A stretch of 64,000 nucleotides of DNA from Chrysomallon squamiferum (lineage: Eukaryota; Animalia; Mollusca). The notes under the pieces are model-generated. The model saw only the letters and a program-made list of their open reading frames with translations. It made no database searches and had not been told where the DNA came from. The translations under genes were made by a program, and so were the position numbers. Location: positions 17,670,001 to 17,734,000 of the forward strand of contig CM022678.1 of assembly GCA_012295275.1 (NCBI GenBank), given 5' to 3'. Shown here piece by piece: positions 52,080-64,000 of the stretch; position 1 is the first letter of the stretch; each line of letters opens with the position of its first letter.

Positions 52080-52360
52080 TTCAAAGTCGTTTTCGGGACT
52101 GATCGGAATATTTCCGACATTATCCGAATAAACAGATTATAATTTTATGGTTTAGAAGAGGTCACAATAAGCAATTTTGCCTTGCCCCCATTTGGGGTTT
52201 ACAAATAAATATTTAATGAAAACGTCCACAAATATTTAAAAATAGCAAATCTTCATCCAACATTGATAAACTTTTTTTTTTTTTTTTTTTTAATAATCGG
52301 AAATATGCATATTTTTTAATGCTTACAAAATGTACGAACGAAATTCCCGAATCGACAGTT
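52080..52360 (-). promoter_or_regulatory. Probable proximal promoter of the BCLAF1/THRAP3-like gene
   Basis: Local CpG enrichment with several CGGAA/TTCCG words just upstream of the ATG exon. Confidence 0.45.
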
Positions 52361-53675
52361 AATAATAAATACAAACAACTGGACCTACTTTTATAATTTA
52401 ATATTCATATTATTTATCATTTTTATTTAGGATCTGTTCTGTAACTGTTCTTAATAACGTTATAAATTAATGAAATAATAGTTGTGTAACATGGTTAGAG
52501 TGGGAAAAAGAATACTAAATTTTAAATTTTGCAAGACTGAGCACGAAACAAAATGCCTCATCTTTTTAACTACTGTATGAACTGTACGTAGCTTGACAAC
52601 GTTATATTAATAAAGAAAAAGAAAAAAAAGAAAGAAAAGCACAACAAAGGTGTGTATACATGAACACACACACACACACACAATCTCGCATAGAGCTTCT
52701 CTTTTGTAGCCGCTTAAATACTTCCGCCTGTCTTTATCTCACACGCTTTTACACTCATAACTATAAATGCCATTCTCCCTGCAGCACACGTTCTCACAAG
52801 CATGCATGCACGTACTTGTGTGAATGTATATATATATATAGATATTCAGAGATGTATAGATGGGTACATTTTTTTCTTCAGCACAACCATTACCCTGCAT
52901 TCCGCACCTGTCCCGTGTTATGCGCAGTCAATCGGAAATTTCACAATGGGACGTAACTCGGTCAGTCATTGTTACAGTACAAAAAGGTTTTACCCGCCTC
53001 AATGCACGAATAATATTTTAACTGGTTTTTTTTTTTTTTTTTTTTTGAAGAGAAATATACAGGACTATATTTCACGATTATGTTAAATTTGTTATTGTTA
53101 TGTGTTCGTTTTGTTGAGTGTATCCGGCTAATCATGTTTCAAGAAAGTCATCTCGACAGTACAGGCATCCATAGCAACAGAACTCTCATCTTAAACAATC
53201 CTCCAAGTTTTTTTGTGGCGTTTTTCATAATGTTATTTTTTATTATTATTTTATTATTCTTCTTTTTGTTCTGAAAATAGAATCTCATTGTAGCACGTGA
53301 GAGAGACAGAGACAGAGCGGGAAGTAATCAAAACGTACCGAATCGTAAAACTGCAGTGTTACCACTGCTACCATCAACAGCTAAATGAATAGGTGTAAAA
53401 CAAGGAGAACTTCCTTCTGTCAGGTTTTTTAACACTAAAATTAGAGATATTTTACTGGTCAGGCAAGTCATCATACCAAAGTCTGTGTGTCCAGGATATA
53501 TGTGTCTGAACCTCTTTTGTATGTAATTTCTAAGCATTTGAAATACAAATACTATAATAGTATAAAGTAAGGTAAATATCCAAAGAGCCCTGAACTTTTT
53601 CTTATCTGTACATAACGGCCAAAAACTGTATCTTTTTAGTAAATCTGTTAAATTATATATAACTACACACATTTT

Positions 53676-53729
<54 letters not shown>

Positions 53730-53854
53730 TATTATTATTATTATTATTATTAAGTTCCCGGCATGCCTAGGCCAAAATGTCAGGCTTAAGCATACATTTG
53801 CATAACTCAGATTTTAATTAAATCTTCCTTACATTAGTATGAGAATGTCGTAAC

Positions 53855-54065
53855 GAAGTGACGCAACTGGTAAAGGGACCAATCAGAAAAGAATCTTGCT
53901 TTGTTAAAACAACCAATCAGCGACCTTCCTTCACTGTCACCTGATGGTAGTAAATATTGACTTCAGTGCTTTCATAATTAGAATTGTTTTATACCGTTTA
54001 TATTAACGTGAAAGAACCCCCCTCAAAAAAAAGCAACAACAACAACATTATTACGTCACACGTGT
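53855..54065. promoter_or_regulatory. Promoter-like cluster: two CCAATCAG boxes 34 bp apart, CRE/ATF-like sites and an E-box
   Basis: CCAATCAG at 53879 and 53913, TGACGCAA at 53859, TTACGTCA at 54051, CACGTG at 54059. Confidence 0.45.
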
Positions 54066-54304
54066 TTTTAAGAACTATTTCGGTAAAATGTTAATCAGTA
54101 ATAACTCGAGTGCTACAGTTCAGTACCAGAGAGAGAAAACAAAACAAAGGAAATGAAAAAATATGTTTATTAACGACATCTATATAATTTTAACTTTCCA
54201 AGTGATATGCATATTAATTGATTTTTTTTTTTTAATTGTAAAATTAATTTATTACATCTACGTTATAACGAACAATTACTAGCATAAGCAAACTATAGCT
54301 ATGC

Positions 54305-54343
<39 letters not shown>

Positions 54344-54644
54344 TATTAACTAGTATAATATCTAGAATTAAATCTGGTCAAAAATGGCTGAACACAATTT
54401 TTTTTAACATCAAACTTCTGAAATAAAATTTAAAATTATAAAACTGACAGAGACAAAAAGATCTTTAAAGTTAAAATCTTTTTGAACTGGGATGATGAAC
54501 ACAAAATATAATGATATAAACCAATGATTATCTTTATGGTCTGTTTATAAGTAATCTAAATGGGGCTTTGTGCAAGAAAATATTTGAAAAAAAAAAAAAA
54601 AAAAGTTAAAAATACTAATAATTTCAAACAAAAGCAGCAGAAGC

Positions 54645-54686
<42 letters not shown>

Positions 54687-55836
54687 CCAACAAAAAAACA
54701 ACAACAACAAAAAAACAACATTTATGAACAATTCAGTGAAGAGATCATGTCTGAGATAATTTTGTTATTACAAATAATAGCACACAATTTATTTTTACTA
54801 CACCTTAACTGAATTCTCTAAAGCAGCAAGGCACACTGGCACACATTAAGAGTCTTTTTTAATAATTTTAAAATCTAAAAATAAGTTATTATTATTAATA
54901 TAATGAATATATTGTGAAAAATGAGACTGTTACACTGATGAAAAATCACTTATTTTCCAAGAATAATCCTGGAAATGTTATTATGAAGATTCAGATGGGT
55001 TCACCAAATTCATCTAATTCATTCTTGTTTAAAAATCAAGTCATGGTTTTAAAATTTATATATATATATATATATATAAATTAATATAGATATAGATATA
55101 CAGATATATATATTTAAAAAAGTACTGTATTTCTAAACTTTCAAAATTATAACAAAAATAGAACCTGAATTGGGAATAATGTGAGAACAAATTTTAAGTA
55201 CAAATATGCAATATGTTAAATATGTAAAGTAATAAAAGCAGCATGTGTATAAATATTTGTAAGTAGAGATTTCTGTAAATACTTGTCAGACAAAAATTAA
55301 CAAAATCATGGAATTATTTGACATATAATAAAAAATATGGATAACCAGAAAATTGAGGCATCTTCAGTTTACTAAAGTGTAAACATGTACACACACATAC
55401 ACACACAAACATAAACACATACACTGCAATGTATATGTATACATGGATACAGTTAATAAACCATGAACTGTAATGTATGTATAACAGTACCTCTTTGTTA
55501 CTATTATGCAAAGTATAATGTAAAAATGAATTTTAAAAATGTATATGAAATGGATCTTTAATATAAATTGTAACATATAACATGATAGTAAATTCTTAAT
55601 ATAGATTATAATATATAATAAGATAAATTTTATGTAAAACAAATTTCTCTAAGGTATAATAAACAGTATTTTTAAACAAAACAAAAATAATAATTTAAGG
55701 GTGCTCATGCACTGGATCTCATAATAAAGCTTTAAACTCTGCTATTTTAACAACAGGCAAGACAGAAGCAAAACCTAAATTTAATAATAATAAAGATATA
55801 TAAGTAATAAATAATAATGATTATAACAATAACTAA

Positions 55837-55867
<31 letters not shown>

Positions 55868-56140
55868 AATAATAATTAATAATAATGATAATGATAATAA
55901 TAATTATAATAAACAGAAAAATTTCACTAAGTTCTACAACAAAATTAAATCAGCTCTATAACATTAATTATGCAAATTAGGTGGTTTTCTTTGTGATTTT
56001 TTTTTCTAATTAGTCTGTTAATTTTTTGACAAATTCTTAATATTTTGATATAGGCTTTTTAATATTCAAAGTTTTTCTTTCTTTCTAAATAATCGGAAAG
56101 TTAATTATGCTAACATATCATCTCCCTTCACACATATCAG

Positions 56141-56578
56141 TTAATCAACATTTAGCTTTTTGAAAGTGCCAGGAAGTGTTTCTGTGGCATCTTGCTTCCC
56201 TTTATTAGGACTCTTCAGTGTCATGTCAACCATTCCATACTTCATGTCCTCTTCAAATTCCGCCTCACTTTTCAACAGCACCTCAGTCCATTCCTACAAA
56301 AAAAACGTATATGAAATTTAACTGAAAGCCAATATTAAATTGTGAACAGCCATGAAAGGATAACATATTTATGTGCAAGATTAGAAAAAATGAAATCATT
56401 AAAATGTCATGAAATAATTTTTTTTTTTTTTCATTAGAAATAAATGAATAATAGTTATAATAATGATATTTGAGGATAAAAAATATTTGTTTTGTTTGTT
56501 TAATTCTTCACAGAAATAAAAATAACATTAGTGATATCTTACAGATTAAATGCAAGTTAAATATAAAAAGAGACTGAC

Positions 56579-56662
<84 letters not shown>

Positions 56663-56822
56663 AAAATAAAACAAAAAATCACCTTGTTACTGTAAGGTGG
56701 AGCTTTGCCCCCATATTCCTGAGGCAGGTACTGTTCATCAACAAACTCTTTCAGTTCTTCATATTTTGTTCCATGAAAATATATCTAAATATACAAATAT
56801 AAATATACATACAAGCATGCAT

Positions 56823-56871
<49 letters not shown>

Positions 56872-56951
56872 AACACAAACACACACTCACACACACAAAC
56901 ACATACGCACACACATGCACACATGCACACTCACACACACACAAACACACA

Positions 56952-57003
<52 letters not shown>

Positions 57004-57452
57004 ACAAAAGTCTTTACAGGCTATTAACACTTTTATTTTTTTTTTTCAATGAAATGTTGAAAAACAGTAAAATTAAAAAAGAGAAGAAAATTTATAAATC
57101 AATTTACTGAAACCTATAAATAAAATTTAGAAACAATTTTTGGGGGTTTTTAATCTCCAATTAAAAATGAAATATTAATTAAAAAAAGAACATCGATTTA
57201 ATTCTTTGAATTTTAACAATTTAAGAACAATAAAAAAATAAAATAATAAAAAATGACAAAAAGAAGAAATTAAAGACAAAAATTCAGCAGAGACACTACT
57301 TACTCTTTTGATAATCTTTTCCTTGAGAAATACTTTCAGGACACTGAAGATGGAATCAAAGAAACCAGGTTCATTTACATAATGGATTCCTTTAAATCGA
57401 GCAGGAAAAGAATCCTATAAAAAAAATAATTAATACATATGACTGCTTATTA

Positions 57453-57529
<77 letters not shown>

Positions 57530-58003
57530 TCTATTTGTATGTGTCATTTCTGTCATTCTGTATGGGTGTCATATTTTTGACATTTTGCATGTGTGTCGTA
57601 TTTCTGTTATTCAGTATGTGTGTGCGTCATTTCTGTTATTCAATATATGCATGCGTCATTTCTGTTATTCAATATATGCATGCATCATTTCTGTTATTTA
57701 ATATATGCATGCGTCATATCTGTTATTCAATATGTATGTATATCACATTTCTGTCATTGACCATCTGTGTATCATATTTCTGTCATTCTGCATGTGTGCA
57801 TATCTGTCTGTCATTCTGTGTATGTGTCTGTCTTTGTCTGTGTGTAAATGCTTAAAGAAAAATTCCTGTTTAATATCTACCTGAAACAAACCAGTCATTG
57901 TTTTGGCGTATGAGGGTGTCAGCTGCTTCCCATGATTCCAGGTAAAGCCATCCATGTCAATGATAAACATTAACCCATTTACTTGTGTTTCTTCTTCCTG
58001 TTC

Positions 58004-58065
<62 letters not shown>

Positions 58066-58138
58066 TAATAATAATAGCAAAAAAAATAAATAATAAACAT
58101 CAACCCATTTATTTGTGTTTCTTCTTCGAGTTGATCAC

Positions 58139-58188
<50 letters not shown>

Positions 58189-58373
58189 TGACAAAAATAA
58201 TAATAATAATAATAAAAAAATAATAGCAAAAAAAAATATAAACATTAACCCATTCATTTGTCTTTTCTTTCTGTTTATAATACTAATACTAATAATAGTA
58301 ATAAATGCAACAACAACAACAACAATAACAATAATAATAATAGTAGTAGTAGTAGTAATAGTAATATATAATA

Positions 58374-58411
<38 letters not shown>

Positions 58412-59902
58412 TTAATGAAAATATTGAAATAATAACACAAATTACTTCACAACACAATAACAGTAACTGTAGGAATAGTAACTAATAATGATACTGATAG
58501 CACTGCTTTCAACAGTAACAGTCATTATAAAAACAACCATCATCAACATTATTACTTAATAACTATTCATTTCAGTAATAATAATGACAAAAAAAGTAAG
58601 GAAAAATTTATTAAAGAAATTTAATTTTAAAACTAAATAAATATTTAAAATTAAAAAAATAAAAATAAAGAAAAAAATATATATATATATATATATATAT
58701 TAGATATATCAAATACCAGTAAATATTTAAATGTATTTTTTAAATATTTCACTACTATATGAAAAAAACAAGATTTTTAGTTACAACTTACCTGAATAAG
58801 CTTGGAAAATGTCATGAAATTTACTTTAAACAAATTCCATATATCATATTTTTCTACACTCCATTTTCCTGAAGAAGAAAGTTATTTAAAACAGTTTTTT
58901 TTAATTTTATATTTTATTCTAATATACACACAGACACACACACACGTACACAGACACACACATGTACACACACAGATTCACACACAGACATTCACATAGA
59001 GATGTAAAAAAGAAGGAAAACAGACAGACAGAAAGACAGACAGTGATGATTTCAAAGGTGTTGTTAAATATATTTTGTAACTCATCAGTGAAGACTAACT
59101 GGTAAAACTAAATAAAATATTATACATTTAATTTGGAATACCACTGAAAAATGCAGCAAACACTAATTTCATTTTTAATATGTTCAGTGGAAAGCGAGCT
59201 AGCCTGAGATGTGTGGAAGACTGAAGGATCAATCCTCTGTCACATTTTGTCAGATAAATCCCATTCCAACAAATGCTCCACAATTAATTATCAATTACAG
59301 CAGTATGTGTCTAGATGCCCTTTGGGCAATATTAATATTAATACACAGTGGTGGTTGTGTTGTAACATGAAACAGGAGTATTACTGACATCTGTTCCATT
59401 TGATAATGTGGGGCATTAGGGCAAGTAAATAAGAGTTAATTAAAACAAGCAGCAAAATGGAGGAGATAAGCAAAGCTGTTAAAACCGCAGCTGGTTTGTT
59501 AGTATCACAGAGATCTGTTTCAGTTTGAAATTCAAATAATCCCGGACAGGTCTGTGTTATTCAAATCCAAAAATTCTTAAAAGATGCACAAAGATCGTAA
59601 CATTTTTAACATTAATTGCAAAAATTAAATAATAAAAAGTTGACATATTTAAAGATTTTTTTTTTTCAAATAAAAAAAAACTGTACAGATTTAAATATGC
59701 AGCCAACAAAGTGCATACCCAAAACCTTTGATAAACTAATAATGGAGCATTGGGTTGGAATTGGAAAAGCCCAATAGATTTCAGTTTCATATATTTCATA
59801 TGAATTAATTAATTATGGCAAAAACGTAAATATTTATCTTCAGATTTTCTCTTCTTTTTTTTTTAAATAAATAAAATTAGCATAGATAAATTTAGGACCT
59901 AA

Positions 59903-59942
<40 letters not shown>

Positions 59943-61615
59943 AAAAAAAAAAAAAAATAAAATAAAAATAAAAAATAAATAAAAATAAATAAATAAATAA
60001 ATAATATGTATCATTATTACTAATATTCAAATATTTAAATAAATCTATAAAATACTTCACAGGAAATTTTAAATTAAATATTTAATTAAATATTATAAAC
60101 TACTGAATATGTAGGTAAATATGATGAAGTATTTAAGTACAACTTATTGTAAGTACTTAAGTACATGTTATCAAATAGATATGCAAACCTATCACATACT
60201 TAAGTCAATTTTTATCAATTATATTTAGATCAATTACTATCAAATAATTTACAAGTAAATACTTTTAAGACATTTTGTATTCATGTTTTAATTAAAGTAT
60301 GTTGTATACAAAATATAACATAATAAAAATAAGAGTTATCCAGCATCAGCAGCTCAATTTGAGTGACACATATTCATAATTTGATCCAAGTTTTTGGTAT
60401 ATAATTGTTTATGAAATAATGTCTGGCACATTCAGACAGTATTTATGAATTATAAATCAATTAAAGACAACGTTCAGGAAATACATTCCTGGCCAGACAA
60501 AGTATATATTTATTCTTTTTTTTTTTTTTTTACTTCAAAAAACTTTGATTTATCTATACTTTGAAATTATATAGTATAAAAGTTCATGACTGAAGGGATA
60601 CTTTACTAAAACGATATCTGAAAGATGATTAAGAGAATCTAAAAATAACCCAAAACTGTTGTTACTGTTCCCTTTAAATACTGTCCTGCTTTACCTGGTC
60701 TGAATATTATTACTCTTGCGCCCTCTTTGTTTCTCTTGTCTAATACCCCTGTGACGCCATCTTCCATCGGCTGTTTGGTGTAAGATGGCTTCATCGTGGC
60801 AAACAGATCTGCATTTTCGAATTTGATTTTATAATAATTCATCACCAGCTCGAACGCTCTCTCCTGGTCGAACTTGCGAGCTCGCAAGAATCGTAGAAGG
60901 AAAGCATCGTCGGTACGTGCTTTTAGTCCTTAAATAAATATTACATATTTTATATTAAAAAAAAAAATAAATAAATAAATAATATATATATATATATGTG
61001 TGTTGTAAGTGTTTCTCATGACGTGCTGAAGCTCTGTAAAAAAAAAAAAAAAAAAAAAAACTCAATCAGTCAGAAAAAACGTCATTACGAAGCATTTTTA
61101 AAACAGATTTCTGTTTCAAGCGTTACGGCCCACTTAACATTATCAATGATAGTTAACAAAAATTCCATCACCTGTCTTAAAATTTAATAAGAATGATGCA
61201 ACTAATATAAACTACCACGAATGTTCACTAAGTTGTTGTGTGTTTTTTTTCGTTTTTTTTTTAGTTACAAACTTCGAAGAGTTTTCATTTGTTATTTGAA
61301 GCATAGAACCACCCGAAAACAAAAATAACTTGTTCCTCGGTCACTGGTTTTGAACAAGTATATAACCATGAATGAATACAAAAAAAATATTAAAAAAATA
61401 TAGTATTGTTACCTGTGCTATAATTGTTAGACCTAACTTTAAGAAGCTATCGTTAATATTTCTTTTCATGGAACACGTTAATTACCTGGAAATCTTACGA
61501 GTCTTTCTCTGAGAGCTTTAATTTCCTGCTTTCTCGTGTTAGGATCTTCTGACAGTTCTTCTTGGGCTTTCTTCAGAAGTTCGGGACTTAACGTACACTT
61601 GTATGTACCTGCCAT
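56141..61615 (-). CDS. CRAL-TRIO (Sec14-like) lipid-binding protein, alpha-tocopherol transfer protein-like/clavesin family (about 307 aa, 7 exons)
   Basis: Exons (minus): 61615-61486, 60928-60695, 58868-58792, 57997-57881, 57414-57304, 56784-56683, 56293-56141 (924 nt). Motifs RTDDAFLLRFLRARKF, EEETQVNG, QDSFPARFKGIHYVNEP, LPQEYGG and C-terminal GTFKKLNVD*. Confidence 0.93.
56582..57000. repeat. (AG)n and (CA)n microsatellites flanking CRAL-TRIO exon 6
   Basis: Direct inspection. Similar (AG)n at 50354-50423 and 57457-57526. Confidence 0.95.
57540..57820. repeat. 29-nt minisatellite in CRAL-TRIO intron
   Basis: CATTTCTGTTATTCAATATATGCATGCGT units. Confidence 0.8.
57965..58275 (-). repeat. 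Two upstream echoes of the CRAL-TRIO exon-4 start, separated by (AAT)n
   Basis: AAACATTAACCCATTTACTTGTGTTTCTTCTTC (57965-57997) is repeated degenerately at about 58095-58127 and 58240-58275. Confidence 0.8.
59190..59290 (+). mobile_element. Degenerate SINE-like remnant
   Basis: GGATCAATCC B-box-like word followed by TTCCAAC..ATGCTCCACAA, resembling mollusc SINE bodies from memory. Similar remnants near 26995-27040 and 28765-28980. Confidence 0.3.
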
Positions 61616-62085
61616 CTTCTCAGACTTGATTACTTTTGTCGCACCTGACCTGGGATTCAACACGTCCTTGACACGAAATGGTTAAGATCAATACACCGCG
61701 TTAAAGTTTGTTCGGAATACATCGCCACTTTTCGTTTTAAGGCAATCGTATTTCGTTTAATGCATGCCATTACTCGTTAACTTTACGAAATGTTCCGAAA
61801 AAGAACGAATTTATTAATAATTCTGCTATGTCACGATCACGTGAAATGTTTCAGGTTTCTGGTACCGAATTTAAAGTGGTTGATTGATTTCAGTGGTAGC
61901 CTGAACATATTTCAAATTTACTTATTTTACTCGTTCAGAAATAAGTTGACGTAGACTATATATTCTGAAAAACGTGATTAATCATTTTATCTTATTCCCG
62001 TTATTATTAATAGTTAAAGGTTGTTTTTTTTTTTTTTTTTTCAACTTTTCTTTGATAAATCGTTATCGTCTGCTTCTCACTCGAT

Positions 62086-62116
<31 letters not shown>

Positions 62117-63310
62117 TAGTAACTGAGTATTTGATTTTTAACCTGGTGGCACGTTCTACGTTTATATTTATTGCTTTATGTTAAAACGATACTGAACAGA
62201 AATAACCATCAGCTCCAGTTATGCTAGGACTAAAATGCGGACAGATGTGCCTGGTGGAAGAGAGAAAGTGTTTTTAACGTCTGGGGAACTTAGAGCGAGT
62301 CAAATTTGGAGACAGCGAGTTAAAATGGAGTGAGCTGAGATGAGTGAAAGTGGGTTGAATAATGATGAACACAGAATTAAGTAATGTCAGATGGTGTTAT
62401 TTTAGGTGTGATGAACAGAGAGAGAGAGAGAGAGAGAGATGTTAAAAAGTGTTTATATTCAATAATCTCTACTGAGGGGATTTGAACCAGGGTTTTAGAG
62501 TGCTAACAGTTAAGTTCTCACAAGCAAGTACAAGTAGTTATACCTAATACCACTAAATTATAAATAAATAAATAAAACCTTGTTTCTTGCCAAGTAATTT
62601 ATTCTTATGATGAAACTGAAATTTTGACATTTAATGTTGTTTTTCTTTTTTCTTTCACATTATGTATATGTGTGTAAATGTGTGTGTATGTGTATATATG
62701 TAAATATAGGTAAGTGAATGTGTGTGTGTTTCTGAAAATCGGGCATCATTCTAGACATTCTCACATTTTTCCACCACTCATTATGAACAGTATTTTATTT
62801 TTGAGTTCAGCTCTTACAAAAACTAATTTTCTGTTTGTTCTCATATACATGTACCTACATGAACCATTTGACTCAATACATATTCAGATCATTGTTTTTA
62901 ATTCAGACAAATCTCACATTCTTTCCAAATTCAGTTCACTCATTTTGAAGTATGCATGCGCGCACATGCACACATACACACACACACACATGCACGCATG
63001 CATGCATACATACTACATACCCCCTCACACACACACACATATATGTATACATACCTATATACTCATATACTACATACATACATACACATCACACATTTCA
63101 CTTGCTAAGACCATTGTAACAGGCACTGCTGAGGGAAGATTGACAGAATTAACAAGTTCTAGACAACATTAAGGTATGGACAGGGTTGAGTGTAGACACA
63201 CTGTTGTAAGGCAGAACAGAAAACTACATGAACATGCATCACCATTACCAGTTGTCATGGTGACCTGTGATTTGGGATCATGGTTTTACTTGACTTCATC
63301 CACATGTGTC

Positions 63311-63343
<33 letters not shown>

Positions 63344-64000
63344 AAACCATTTTTCTCTCTGATTCTTATGCACCTTTACATCCAGTAACCAAGACAAGAA
63401 AAAGTAAATATATTTTTTTTTTATTACAAAACTTTTTATGCTGGTAAATACTGAGCAGTTGAGATTCCCATGTTTTTCTTTTCTTTAAAAAAATAAGTAC
63501 ACAACAATATAACATGTCCTGGTTTCTTTCCTACACCCCAAACTCTCTGAACCACCTCTGTGAACTGCTGTTGTGTTTGCTATGTAGATAACTGCATGTT
63601 CAACTCTGTTGAATATCAATGTCCTTCCTCTGTATGAACAAAATCTTACAATCTCTTCACAGTATTCACATTTCAGTCAACCAGTCTAATGTTTTCGTCT
63701 CTGTTTATCAGAAGATTTTTACTTAGTTATTCAAGGATGTGATTGTTTTTACAGTGAAACAGTTTTCTAGTTTTGTGTATCATGATTCTCCTTTGTTGTC
63801 TATCAGTGTAACCAATGCAAAGGCCAAAGATTCCACTGGAAAAAAAAGAAATAAGAAATAATAATGATAATAAGAAAATAAAGTAAATAATAGTAATAAT
63901 AATGATGATGATGATGGTGTTGGTAGTATTAGTAGCAATGTTTATAACAATAACAAAAAAAAGTAATAATAATAATGATGATAATAAAATAGTAATAACA

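Noticed and set aside
53328-53672. 114-aa minus-strand ORF
   Set aside because: No recognisable domain, non-ATG start next to a microsatellite, and no phase-consistent exon chain.
61616-61663. N-terminal extension MLNPRSG... of the CRAL-TRIO ORF
   Set aside because: Begins at GTG; the ATG at 61615 has good context and gives a family-typical length.

Overview
AT-rich, microsatellite-dense, intron-rich animal genomic DNA; lophotrochozoan/mollusc-like is my inference from composition and repeat remnants. Four spliced protein-coding genes were reconstructed by hand from GT-AG boundaries and reading-frame phase. (1) MTMR9 pseudophosphatase (-, 177-10649, 14 coding exons, two apparent lesions in this sequence). 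(2) ZC2HC1A-like C2HC zinc-finger gene (+, 12168-36199), head-to-head with MTMR9. (3) An RS-rich BCLAF1/THRAP3-like protein with a C-terminal Btz/CASC3-type motif (-, 43222-51923). (4) A CRAL-TRIO (TTPAL/clavesin-like) lipid-binding gene (-, 56141-61615). Most ORFs in the supplied track are microsatellite artefacts. The most unusual signals concern splicing. The ZC2HC1A gene holds a tandemly duplicated family of 18-24 nt microexons (TSSKKP x2, TSSKTA, KSTKPTAA, plus a decayed copy), apparently paired with 8-nt and 14-nt frame-switch microexons. Tandem duplications of exon/intron junctions ('echoes') recur in three of the genes and create arrays of decoy or usable splice sites. Also noted: CAG|GT and GTGAGT arrays, a cluster of RFX X-boxes, a candidate nested antisense Cys-rich gene and a 150-nt multi-hairpin element. 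All gene models are predictions without transcript evidence.
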